A stretch of DNA of 64,000 bases from Dehalococcoidia bacterium. Its GTDB lineage: Bacteria > Chloroflexota > Dehalococcoidia > Lucifugimonadales > CAUZJF01. The notes below the pieces were generated by a model. That model saw only the letters and a program-made list of their open reading frames with translations. It had not been told where the DNA came from and made no database searches. Position 1 is the stretch's first letter. Each line of letters begins with the position of its first letter. Below, piece by piece: positions 28,826 through 38,115 of the stretch. The translations under genes and the position numbers were made by a program. The stretch lies in assembly GCA_965197985.1 (NCBI GenBank), contig CBDAOG010000005.1, positions 531,404 through 595,403 on the forward strand, read 5' to 3'.

Positions 28826-29713
28826 ATGGAACATAACGTGCCGCCAGCATTGGTATCTAATCCCGGAACTGCTGTTGGTAGCAGGTCGTCGAAGAAACCG
28901 CTGCGACATGATAGACACCGGATATGGTGCGGGGTATGGTGGTTTGAACAGACCCGCCATATTGTGCCAAATCAGGTTCTATCCATCCCCGATCCAAACG
29001 TCACAATTGCCAAAAAATGTACCGTCTTCCCGATTGAGTTCGTGGTGCGTGGATACATCACCGGAAGCACGAACACCTCCCTCTGGACGGTCTACCACAG
29101 TGGTCGGCGTCACTACTGTGGCATCGATTTGCCCGACGGCCTAATGAAAAACCAGAAGCTCCCGACGAATTACCTCACACCGACCACCAAGGAGGATGAT
29201 CACGACCGTCCGATCAGCCCTGACGAGATCGTGTCCGAGAACTGGATGACGGCCGATGATTGGGAACAATGTAGCCGCATCGCCCAGGAACTTTTCGCTT
29301 TCGGTCAAGCCAAGGCAGCGGAGCGTGGCCTAATTCTCGTCGATACCAAATATGAGATGGGCCGTGACGAGAACGGTGAGATCCTTCTGATCGACGAGAT
29401 CCACACCTCTGACTCTAGTCGCTACTGGATCGCCGACTCTTATCAACAGCGCATGCGGGAGGGACAGGAACCCGACAACGTCGACAGAGAATTCCTCCGG
29501 CTCTGGTTCAGGGAGAACTGCAACCCCTACGAGGATGAGGTCCTACCACCAGCACCGGATGACCTTGTAATCGAGCTCTCAAGACGCTACATCTACCTTT
29601 ACGAGAAGATCACCGGTCGCTCTTTCGAGTTTCCAGAGGCGGACCAACCGATCGAGACACGTTTGGAAAGCAACCTTGATTCTCTCGTAAAAAGTCTGTG
29701 CAGGTCGAATTAG
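28826..29713 (+). CDS. purC: SAICAR synthetase (long PurC type); 5' end unresolved and last 11 codons supplied by MITE-B
   Basis: Motifs are HIVPNQVLSIPDPNVTIAKKCTVFPIEFVVRGYITGS, LTPTTKEDDHDRPIS, GLILVDTKYEMGRDENGEILLIDEIHTSDSSRYW and RRYIYLYEKITG. The first ~40 codons show none of the expected ATP-binding N-terminus. From 29678 the ORF reads into the MITE (...ESNL/DSLVKSLCRSN*). Confidence 0.7.
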   Translation: MEHNVPPALVSNPGTAVGSRSSKKPLRHDRHRIWCGVWWFEQTRHIVPNQVLSIPDPNVTIAKKCTVFPIEFVVRGYITGSTNTSLWTVYHSGRRHYCGIDLPDGLMKNQKLPTNYLTPTTKEDDHDRPISPDEIVSENWMTADDWEQCSRIAQELFAFGQAKAAERGLILVDTKYEMGRDENGEILLIDEIHTSDSSRYWIADSYQQRMREGQEPDNVDREFLRLWFRENCNPYEDEVLPPAPDDLVIELSRRYIYLYEKITGRSFEFPEADQPIETRLESNLDSLVKSLCRSN

Positions 29714-29838
29714 AACAACCGTACCCTTGCCTGGGTACAATATACAGTCTCTGTTCCGTGTCCTACCCCAACATACGGTAGCGCTCACATGTGCTAAAGC
29801 GCTGGAACTTCCTCAAAACGGGTTTTTACGAGGGAATC
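29678..29838 (+). mobile_element. 161-bp MITE, copy B
   Basis: Sequence is identical to copy C. A 6-bp TSD AACCTT lies at 29672-29677 and 29839-29844. Confidence 0.85.
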
Positions 29839-29844
29839 AACCTT

Positions 29845-31825
29845 GATTCCCTCGCAAAAAGGCCTGTTTGAGATGAACCCTGGCGTGCGAAGGGGCCTGG
29901 AAGGGAGGAGGCCACGGGATGCCGGCTGCTGGCCTCACCGCACCATCTGCCGCGCTCAGGACAAGCGTGATCCCGTTGCGGTACCCCTTCCGTGGCTCAG
30001 GGCACCCGGTGGAAGCTGTGGAGCGGCGCCCTCATGCGGCCGCGACCGCAGGTACCGTCCCGACCGCCCGCTGAGCCGTGTTCTCCATCTCCACCAGGCG
30101 TGCATGGACCATCCGCTTGAAGTTGCACGCCAACGCCTTCAGGTAGACGGCAAGCCGCACCCGACGGCCCCCTCGCACCCGCAAGCGCCCAAGCCCGTGG
30201 GCGCGCTTCAGCTCGGAGTTCGTTCCCTCGATCCCGGCCCTTATGGCATACCGCTTGCGCCACTCCTCGGTGGCCTCGGCCCTCCGGCGCCGCTCGATGT
30301 TTACCTTCACCAGGTCCGCCTTGAGGACGTAGTCCCCCGCACGCCGGTCCAGCTTCACTGGGCAACGGGACCGCAAGGGGCAGGGCTCGCATGTTGTCCT
30401 GGCAAAGTGGACCTCTACCCGCTCCGGCGCATCCTCCAACTCGTACTCCTCGATGGACGGGTGGCCGGCGGGGCACACCGTGGCCTGCTCCCCTGTGACG
30501 TCGATCTGGAAGTCCGCGGCGGTGAGCGGCGGTGGTCCGTCACGCTCTCCTTCGTGCGAGTTCCCCGGCGCCGACCCCGGCCACCGGGCTCACCAGTTCC
30601 GTTCCCCGGCGCGAGGCTTCGAAGGCATTGCGGCCCGACCCATACGCCGTGTCGGCGAAGAGCTCGTCCGGTCGGACCTTCCGCTCCGCGAGCCCGTCAA
30701 CGACCGGCACGCTCACGTCGGTGTCGCTCCCACTCGAGGGGGTCACCTCCACGTGGGTGATGAGCTGGGTGGCGTTCTCCTCGTGGCAGGTCTCCGCCAC
30801 CTGCACCTCGTACCCCTTCCCCTTGTGGCCGCTGTAGGTCACATCCGGGTCGTGGGGCGATTGCAGCGAGTCGGCGGACACCTGCTTCGGGTCCTTCAAG
30901 GCCACGGGCACCTTGCATTCCCCAGCATCGTCGTCATCGTCCCTGGGGCGCCCGTCCCGGTGTTTGCCCACATGGCACTGCTCCCGCAGCAGCCGCTCCA
31001 GCAGCCGGTACTCCTCCAGCTGGGCAGCAGTCGTGCCATGGAACCGGTCCACCAGCCGGTAGAGGTCCCGGGCACAGACCGAAAGGCGTCGCCGACCCTC
31101 CCCCGTGCGGGCGTCCTCGTAGTGGGTCGCCTCGTCTTCTTCCTTCAAATAGCGCCCCAGGAGGCCCTCCGGAACCACAGGGCGAAGCTCTGGGTGCTCC
31201 CAGCGCAAGGCCCGCAGGAACAACCGCATCGTCTCACAGAACAGGCCCAGCCGGGTGAGTGTAGCGATGTTGCTCATGATGTGGGTGGAGTTCAGCCGTT
31301 GCTTTCCGGTGCGTATGCCCAGCGCCTGGATGATCCGGTCCGTGGTCTCCTGGAAAGCCAGCCGGCCACCATCGTGCTGCATCAGGCGAACTCGGAAGTT
31401 GTGGAGGGTCTTCTGGGGCAGGTGGGTCTCCTCGATGTCCAGCCGCAGGGCGTGGTGCCAGAGCAGGTTGAACTCTAGCTGCTCCAGGGCTTCACCGTCG
31501 GTGAGGTTGAACATCTCTTTGAGAAGGTGGACCCCGAGGACGGTCTGCACCGCTCGGTTGGGACGACCGTTGTCCGCGCAGTACATCGGAGCAAAGAGCT
31601 CCTCGTCAATCAGGGGGAGCGCCTCGTTTCGGAAAACCTCGGCCCAACTCCCCTCCAGGCGCTTAGCCTTCTTCGGCGTCACCAGGAACTGGGACTGCCA
31701 GAGGCTCTCTTGCGGGTCTCGCGCTCGGAACATGCTCCCCTCCCTCGCCCGGGCGCTGCCCCAACGCCCTTTCCCCACATTATCCTCCCATTGCCCCCGG
31801 AGGACGAGGGGTTTTTACGAGGGAT
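29845..31825 (-). mobile_element. IS1182-family element, likely autonomous relative of the MITE (~1.98 kb)
   Basis: The left end, GATTCCCTCGCAAAAAGGCCTGTTTGAG, matches the MITE end GATTCCCTCGTAAAAACCCGTTTTGAG at 15 of the first 16 positions. The right end is ...GGGGTTTTTACGAGGGAT (to ~31825) and directly abuts the IS21 end; its last ~3 bp are unclear. Confidence 0.7.
30032..31733 (-). pseudogene. IS1182-family transposase split into two frames near 30480-30540
   Basis: The N-terminal ORF starts at ATG 31733: MFRARDPQESLWQSQFLV..., ...NGRPNRAVQTVLGVHLLKEMFNLTDGEALEQLEFNLLWHHAL.... The C-terminal ORF reads ...DFQIDVTGEQATVCPAGHPS... and ...YAIRAGIEGTNSELKRAHGLGRLRVRG...ALACNFKRM. Confidence 0.75.
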
Positions 31826-31937
31826 GTGAATGGCGGAGAGATAATGTACCGGCAGGGCGGCTCAAGAGCTGAGATGTGGCGCTTGAAAAGCGTACCGCCT
31901 GTCGCCTTCAATCAGGAACGACCGAACCTGACTGAAG

Positions 31938-33446
31938 GTGGATTGGATGTACAAGGTGGGTATTTACCTCCGTGTTCGCAAGGCTTGTTTCGTCGAAGGG
32001 ATGAGCGTCCGAGAGGCGGCCCGAGTGTTCGGGCTACACCGGGACACGGTGCGCAAGATGCTCGAGTACTCCGTGCCCCCAGGGTATCGACGGCAACGAC
32101 CGGCTCGCAGACCGAAGCTCGATCCATATAAGGGTGTGATGGACCAGATCCTGGAGCAGGATCTGAGCTCACCGAAGAAGCAGCGTCACACCGCCAAGCG
32201 TATCTACGAACGGCTCAGAGACGAACACGGCTTCCCCGGCAAGTACACGATAGTCAAAGACTACGTTCGAGAACGCCGTCGTCATACCCGCGAGATGTTC
32301 TTACCTCTGTCCCTCCCTCCGGGACATGCCCAGTGCGACTACGGCGAAGCTCGAGTGATCATCGGCGGAGTGGAACGCAAAGCCCACTACTTCGCCCTGG
32401 ACCTCCCTCACAGCGACGGGTGCTATGTGAAGGCGTATCCCGCCGAGACGACGGAGTCATTCTGCGACGGACACGTCTCCGCCTTCGCGTTCCTGGGCGG
32501 AGTGCCTCAGAGCATCCTCTACGACAACACCACGCTCGCGGTAGCCAGAATCCTGGGAGATGGTCGCCAGCAGCGGACCAGGGTGTTCTCCGAGCTTCAG
32601 TCCCACTACCTGTTCGAGGACCGGTTCGGCCGTCCAGGCAAAGGGAACGATAAGGGCAAAGTAGAAGGTCTGGTCGGCTATGTCCGCCGGAACTTCCTGG
32701 TGCCCATTCCATCGTTCGAGAGCTTCGATGCCCTCAATGCTCATCTGGAGCAACACTGCCTCAGACGGTTCGAAGATCGACTCCGCGGCCACAACGAGAC
32801 GATAGGAGAACGGCTGGAGCGGGACCTGGAGAAGCTGCTGCCTCTGCCGGCCGTACCGTACGACGCCAGCGACAAGCACGCGACGAGGGTCAGTTCTCTG
32901 TCCCTGGTCAGATACCGGACCAATGACTATTCGGTCCCGGTGGCCTACGGTCATCGGGACGTTCTGGTCCGTGGATATGTACACGAGGTTGTGATCAGCT
33001 GTGGCGCTGAAGTCATCGCCCGCCATCGGCGGTCCTACGATCGAGACGACTTCGTCTTCGACCCTTTCCATTACCTGCCGCTCCTTGAGAAGAAGACGAG
33101 GGCATTGGATCAGGCGGCGCCGCTGGTTGGATGGGAGTTGCCCGAGGAGTTCGGAGTGTTGCGGCGGTTGCTGGAGTCTCGGATGGGCAAGCGAGGAAAG
33201 AGGGAGTTCGTGCAGGTGCTCAGACTGATGGAGAACTTCCAGCCGGAAGAAGTCCACGACGCCGTACGAGACGCCATTCGACTCGGGGCTGTGAGCTTCG
33301 ATGCTGTCAAGCACCTGGTGCTGTGCAGGATCGAGGGTCGACCGCCTAGACTCGACATGGAGTTGTACCCGTATCTGCCCAGGACCAACGTTGCAACAAC
33401 CTCGACCAGGGACTACATGGCTCTCCTGGCGGGGAGCCGGTCATGA
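31938..33446 (+). CDS. istA: IS21-family transposase IstA
   Basis: 502 aa. An HTH (GMSVREAARVFGLHRDTVRKML) is followed by a DDE region: HAQCDYGEA, ...YVKAYPAETTESF... and ...ILYDNTTLAV. Confidence 0.9.
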   Translation: MDWMYKVGIYLRVRKACFVEGMSVREAARVFGLHRDTVRKMLEYSVPPGYRRQRPARRPKLDPYKGVMDQILEQDLSSPKKQRHTAKRIYERLRDEHGFPGKYTIVKDYVRERRRHTREMFLPLSLPPGHAQCDYGEARVIIGGVERKAHYFALDLPHSDGCYVKAYPAETTESFCDGHVSAFAFLGGVPQSILYDNTTLAVARILGDGRQQRTRVFSELQSHYLFEDRFGRPGKGNDKGKVEGLVGYVRRNFLVPIPSFESFDALNAHLEQHCLRRFEDRLRGHNETIGERLERDLEKLLPLPAVPYDASDKHATRVSSLSLVRYRTNDYSVPVAYGHRDVLVRGYVHEVVISCGAEVIARHRRSYDRDDFVFDPFHYLPLLEKKTRALDQAAPLVGWELPEEFGVLRRLLESRMGKRGKREFVQVLRLMENFQPEEVHDAVRDAIRLGAVSFDAVKHLVLCRIEGRPPRLDMELYPYLPRTNVATTSTRDYMALLAGSRS

Positions 33447-34211
33447 CCAACAAGTCCACGATGTTGCTCGAACACAACCTCAAGCAACTCAAGCTCCCCA
33501 CGTTCCTGAGGGAGTACGACAAGCTGGCATCCCAGTGTGCCAGTGAGGGAGCCGACCATCCGGACTACCTGCTGCGACTATCGGAGTTGGAGCTGATCGA
33601 CCGTCACCATCGCATGGTGGAACGTCGGATCAAAGCAGCCCGCTTCCCGACGACCAAGAGTCTCGACACCTTCGACTTCCTGTCTATGCCGTCCCTGAAC
33701 AAGGCTCTGGTTCTGGAGCTGGCACGATGCGAGTACATTGAGCGCCCCCACAACGTCATCGCTCTCGGCAACAGTGGCACCGGCAAGACCCATATCGCCC
33801 TCGGTCTCGGTCTGGCTGCGTGTCAGAAGGGACTGTCCGTGGGCTTCACCACCGCCGCTGCTCTGGTTCACGAGCTGATCGAGGCCAGGGACGAACGGCG
33901 TCTGCTCAACCTGCAGAGAAGGCTCGCACGACTCAAGCTTCTGATCATCGACGAACTGGGCTTCGTGCCCTTGTCCAAGACTGGCGCCGAGCTGCTCTTC
34001 GAGGTGTTCAGCCAGCGTTACGAGCGTGGATCGGTCCTGGTGACCTCCAAGTGAGCCCTTCGTCGAGTGGACCGAGGTGTTCGGCTCTGAACGGCTGACC
34101 GGAGCTCTCCCCGACCGCCTCACCCACCATGTCGACATCCTGGAGATGAACGGGGACAGCTACCGACTCAAGCACAGCAAGAAGACTTCTGGCCGCCAGC
34201 TATCTGACTGA
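33443..34211 (+). pseudogene. istB: IS21 helper ATPase IstB, frameshifted near 34050
   Basis: Walker A is GNSGTGKTH and Walker B is LLIIDELG. The ORF stops at ...GSVLVTSK*. The next frame continues PFVEWTEVFGSERLTGALPDRLTHHVDILEMNGDSYRLKHSKK... to TGA 34209-34211. This indicates one extra nucleotide between TCC and CCC. Confidence 0.8.
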
Positions 34212-34258
34212 CCCTGATCTCCAACGCCCCACGAACCTTGATGCCCATTCTACGGCGT

Positions 34259-35248
34259 TCAGTGGTACAGTTTTGCTCCGCCCCGCTGGTACGTTTTCAC
34301 ACCGCCCTTGACAAACACGCGCTCGACACCGGGCAGCGGTCTCGCCGAGGTCACCCACTCGACGTAGCCTTCCACCTGGTCCTTGTAGGCGTCCAGGTCC
34401 GTGAAGGCCTCGACATCGATTGCCATTACGAAAAAGCCACCGCCGTTCTTACCGGCGCCGAGGCCCTGCCCGGCCCCCTGCCCTATCGTGGTCCCGGCGT
34501 GGGACAGAGGCCCAGCGATCATCTCGACCATCATCGACAGGCCGTGTCCCTTGTGGCCGAAATCGAGGCCGCCCAGCGGCAGCAGTGCCACGTCGGGATC
34601 ATCATACCGCTGGCTGTCGGTGACGTAGTTCCCCTGCTGGTCGACGACCCACCCGTCGGGCAGCGGTTCCTTCCGCTCCATCTTCTGGCGGATCTTCGTG
34701 CCAGCCACGGCGCTCAGACTGATGTCGAGCACGAAGGGCGGACCTTTCCGGCGCGGCACCGCGAAGGCGATAGGATTCGGCCCGACCCGACGGTCGGCGC
34801 TGCCGAAAGGCGCCACGAAAATCCCCGCCGCGTTGGACCAGACAATCCCCATCATGTCGCGCTCAGCAATGTACCTGACGGGGTCGCCGAGGGAGCCGAC
34901 GTGCGTAATGTGGTGTAGCCCCACTGCACCGAAAGTCGACTCGCTAGCCTTCCCGACGGCCATCTCCGCTGCGTGAGTGAGCGCAACAACGCCGTTGCAA
35001 CCACGCCCATCGATCACTGCCAGACAACGCGTCTCGCGCAGAACCTCGTGCCCTTCCCATCCCACGTAACGGCCCTGTATGTCGCCGACGTACCGGCGTA
35101 TCCGCCAGACGCCATGAGACCCACGGCCGCGCAGGTCGCTCTCGACCAAGTGGTCGCCGATGGTGCGGGCGTCTTCCTTAGGGACGCCAGCCGCCACGAA
35201 GATGTCGGCGCTCAGCCGCCTCAGGACCTCATGCCGCACTACAGGCAT
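34259..35248 (-). CDS. Ldh_2-family (malate/L-lactate/sulfolactate dehydrogenase type 2) oxidoreductase
   Basis: These are the last 329 codons of the 639-aa ORF 34259..36178, starting at ATG 35248: MPVVRHEVLRRLSADIFVAAGVPKEDARTIGDHLVESDLRGRGSHGVWRIRRY..., ...GPNPIAFAVP... and ...GGLDFGHKGHGLSMMVE. The upstream part of the ORF is antisense to the IS481 element. Confidence 0.8.
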   Translation of the reverse strand: MPVVRHEVLRRLSADIFVAAGVPKEDARTIGDHLVESDLRGRGSHGVWRIRRYVGDIQGRYVGWEGHEVLRETRCLAVIDGRGCNGVVALTHAAEMAVGKASESTFGAVGLHHITHVGSLGDPVRYIAERDMMGIVWSNAAGIFVAPFGSADRRVGPNPIAFAVPRRKGPPFVLDISLSAVAGTKIRQKMERKEPLPDGWVVDQQGNYVTDSQRYDDPDVALLPLGGLDFGHKGHGLSMMVEMIAGPLSHAGTTIGQGAGQGLGAGKNGGGFFVMAIDVEAFTDLDAYKDQVEGYVEWVTSARPLPGVERVFVKGGVKTYQRGGAKLYH

Positions 35249-35332
35249 CGATGCGGTCTCTACTGAGCCACGAGCCAAGCATCGGACGAAATCATGCAAG
35301 CGTGCCGACTCCGGCACCCTGAAGTGAGGAAG

Positions 35333-35372
35333 CCAGGGAGGGGTCTTACCTCTTCTCCCGCCTCCGGGAGAA
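35333..35372 (-). repeat. hairpin plus GAGGTAAGAC repeat ('GEG-type') unit
   Basis: The minus strand reads ttctcccggaggcgggagaagaggtaagacccctccc. It lies ~95 nt upstream of the Ldh_2 start in the same orientation. Confidence 0.5.
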
Positions 35373-36602
35373 GATAGAGATGGGTACAAACCGGATACAT
35401 TGGTAACAGATAGACCGGAGACATGGGTAACACATTGGGCGAAGATGGGGCCGATCCCATCAGGAGGAGTGTGTTGCCCTGGAAACAGACGAGTCCGGAG
35501 GAAGAGCGAAAAGAGTTCCTGGAATGGTGGAAGAGGGGGGAAGTGAGCTTCGTGTCGCTGTGCCGACGGTTCGGTATAAGCCGTAAGACGGGATACAAGC
35601 GGGTGAATCGGTACCGGGCGTATGGTTTTGAGGGAGTGGGAGACCGTAGCCGAGCTCCGATTCGTCGGCCGAACAAGACGCCTTTGGCAGTAGCCGAGCG
35701 TGTGATCGGTGTAAGACGGGCCCATCCGAACTGGGGACCTAAGAAAGTGGTGGCGTCGCTTCGGAATGCCGAGCCCAACGCGTCGTGGCCTGCGTCGAGC
35801 ACGGCGGGAGAGATCCTTGACCGAGCAGGGCTGGTGAAGCGTCGAAAACGTCGACGGCATGCAGCGCCTTGGAGCGAGCCGTTTGCGGCGGCAGAAAGGC
35901 CCAATGACGTGTGGTCTATCGACTTCAAGGGGTGGTTCCGAACGGGAGATAGGACCCGGATCGACCCTTTGACGGTGCAGAACGCCGCCTCGCGATACCT
36001 GTTGGTCTGCGAATGGGCTGCGGCAACCTAACCACCACGAAGCGCGAAGGGTGCTTGAGCAGGCCTTTCGGGAGTATGGACTTCCATCGACCATTCGGAC
36101 CGACAACGGACCACCCTTTGCCAGTGTGGGCTTGGGTAGCTTGTCGCAGCTGGCGGTATGGTGGGTCAAGCTGGGCATCGTGCCTGAGCGGATCGAACCA
36201 GGTCACCCGGAGCAAAACGGACGACTGGAGCGACTGCACCGTACTCTGAAGGCAGAAACGGCAAGTCCGCCAAGGGCAACCAGGCGGAGGCAGCAGAGAG
36301 CCTTCGACACCTTTCGCCTGGACTACAACACCGAACGGCCACATGAGGCACTGGCACAGCAGCCTCCCGCCAGCCAGTACCATCCGTCGGCTCGGTCCTA
36401 CCCGCGTCGGATAACCGCCCCAGAGTACGGAGTCGGGGCGACTGTGCGGCAGGTGCGTACCAACGGTCAGATCAAGTGGAAGGGCGACATGATCTACCTC
36501 AGCTGGGCACTCAAAGGCGAGCCCGTTGGCCTGGTGCCACAGGATGATCGCTACTGGACCATCTGGTTTGGTCCCCTGTCTATCGGGCTGTTGGATGACC
36601 AC

Positions 36603-37970
36603 GAGGTACCCTCAAAAAGTGTGTAAACGGTCAGGCGGTGTACCCTCTCTCTGAACAAGACGGGCTCAAGGCCCAAGAGAGGAGATACACCGCCCATGAG
36701 GAAGGAAAGCACTGAGAGTAGGTCGGAGTCAAGGCCGGAGTGGGAGCAGTTGGAGGATTGGGTGCGAAGCCAGGTCCAGAGGCTGGTCCAAGAGTTGCTG
36801 GAGGAGGAGGTGACGGCGTTTCTGGGAAGGGCGAAGTCGGCGCTCAGGTCCGACTCGGACTCAGATACCGGCTATCGGAACGGATACGGCAGAGCCCGGA
36901 GGCTTACGCTGAGTTCGGGCACGATACAGCTTAGGCGGCCACGAGTCCGCGATACCGAGGAGCAGTTCGAGAGCCGGCTGCTGCCGCTGTTCGTCAACAG
37001 GACCAGGAAGGTTGCTGAGTTGATCCCCGAGCTGTACCTACACGGTCTATCCGAAGGCGACTTCGATCTGGCTTTGCGGGGGCTGCTGGGAGAGGACGCA
37101 CCGGTATCGGCGAGCACGGTGGCCCGGTTGAAGTCCAAGTGGAACGATGAGCTTGCCCAATGGCGCAGCCGGCCCCTCGATGACCTGGAAGTGGTCTACA
37201 TGTGGGTGGATGGAGTCTACGTCAAGGCTGGTCTTGAGAAGGAGAAGGCGGCGGTACTGGTGGTGATGGCGGCCCTGAGCGACGGGAGAAAGGTGGTGGT
37301 GAGCGCTGTTCCCGGATACAGGGAGTCCACAGAGAACTGGTCCGAGGTGCTCAGGGACATCAAGCGCCGGGGCTTGAGCTGCCCGAGGCTGGTGGTTGGA
37401 GACGGACACCTGGGCATCTGGGGAGCTCTGCGCAACGTCTATCCGCAGGCGGCAGAGCAACGCTGCTGGAACCACAAGATCGTAAACGTGCTCGCCAAGC
37501 TTCCAAAGCGACAACAGGACCAGGCCAAGCTCATGCTGCGTACTATCCCCTACGCCCAGACTCGGACAGAGGCTGAGCGGCTCAGGACGGTGTTCACCAG
37601 GTGGTGCGGCGACCATTCCTACGAGGCGGCCTCAGAGGCCTTGGAGCGGGACTGGGACCGCATGATCACCTTCTATGACTTCCCAAAGGAGCACTGGGGG
37701 CACCTTCGCACGACGAACCCGGTAGAATCACCCTTCGCGGCCCTCAGGCTTCGGACCGATGCCGCCAAGCGCTACAAGAGGGTCGATCGGGCGATAGCGG
37801 TGATCTGGAAAATGTTGATGGTCGCCGAACAGCGCTTCAGGCGTCTGAAGGCCCCTGAGTTGATCGAAGACGTCTATCTCGGTGCACAGTATGCGGATGG
37901 AATCGCCATTGAATCAACGGCTGAGAAGGTCGCCGCCTGATGTCGTTTACACACCTATTGACGTAACCTC
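36603..37970 (+). mobile_element. IS256-family element (IS256-B), 1368 bp, nested in the IS481 element
   Basis: The TIRs are GAGGTACCCTCAAAAAGTGTGTAAACGG and the reverse complement GAGGTTACGTCAATAGGTGTGTAAACGA. A perfect 8-bp TSD ATGACCAC lies at 36595-36602 and 37971-37978. Confidence 0.9.
36696..37940 (+). CDS. IS256-family transposase
   Basis: 414 aa with motifs YRNGYGRARRLTLSSGTIQLRRPRVRD, YMWVDGVYVKAG, VVGDGHLGIW and QRCWNHKIVNVL. Confidence 0.9.
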   Translation: MRKESTESRSESRPEWEQLEDWVRSQVQRLVQELLEEEVTAFLGRAKSALRSDSDSDTGYRNGYGRARRLTLSSGTIQLRRPRVRDTEEQFESRLLPLFVNRTRKVAELIPELYLHGLSEGDFDLALRGLLGEDAPVSASTVARLKSKWNDELAQWRSRPLDDLEVVYMWVDGVYVKAGLEKEKAAVLVVMAALSDGRKVVVSAVPGYRESTENWSEVLRDIKRRGLSCPRLVVGDGHLGIWGALRNVYPQAAEQRCWNHKIVNVLAKLPKRQQDQAKLMLRTIPYAQTRTEAERLRTVFTRWCGDHSYEAASEALERDWDRMITFYDFPKEHWGHLRTTNPVESPFAALRLRTDAAKRYKRVDRAIAVIWKMLMVAEQRFRRLKAPELIEDVYLGAQYADGIAIESTAEKVAA

Positions 37971-38115
37971 ATGACCACGATCGAACTGTCTTGCATACGC
38001 CTACAAAAGTGTCACCTATGTCCCCGGTTTAAGTGTTACCTATGTCCCCGGTTGCACAATGAGGGCTCCTTTCCCGAGCATGTAGATACGTCTTCATACC
38101 ACAAGGACCATCGCG

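Larger units (their letters stand above)
31826..34252 (+). mobile_element. IS21-family element (boundaries approximate)
   Basis: It has an istA-istB pair with the typical 4-nt ATGA overlap (33443-33446). The candidate ends are TGTGAATGGCGG (31825-) and ...GCCCATTCTA (to ~34252), which share only a GAATGG core. Confidence 0.6.
35423..38032 (+). pseudogene. IS481-family transposase: one frameshift (~36010) and a 3' end interrupted by IS256-B
   Basis: Segments are ...RRFGISRKTGYKRVNRY..., ...PNDVWSIDFKGWF..., ...ASRYLLVCE / (G)LRQPNHHEARRVLEQAFREYGLPSTIRTDNGPPF and ...HPEQNGRLERLHRTLK. After excising 36603-37978 the frame continues ...LLDDH/DRTVLHTPTKVSPMSPV*. Confidence 0.8.
35381..38058 (+). 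mobile_element. IS481-family element carrying a nested IS256 insertion
   Basis: About 50 bp of imperfect TIR. The left end is TGGGTACAAACCGGATACATTGGTAACAGATAGACCGGAGACATGGGTAACAC. The right-end reverse complement is TGTGCAACCGGGGACATAGGTAACACTTAAACCGGGGACATAGGTGACAC. Confidence 0.8.

Noticed and set aside
28560-28830. A possible ZTP/pfl-type purine riboswitch upstream of purC (strings such as GACGGCTGGGCGCA and CGCGCCAGGTGGA)
   Set aside because: It only loosely resembles the CCGCCUGGGC 3' element, and I found no convincing GACUGGCG/pseudoknot partner. A covariance-model scan (Rfam RF01750) would settle it.
34259-36178. A 639-aa ORF as one large protein
   Set aside because: Only the last 329 codons (from ATG 35248) look like an Ldh_2 enzyme. 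The upstream 310 codons are antisense to the IS481-family transposase and its TIR.
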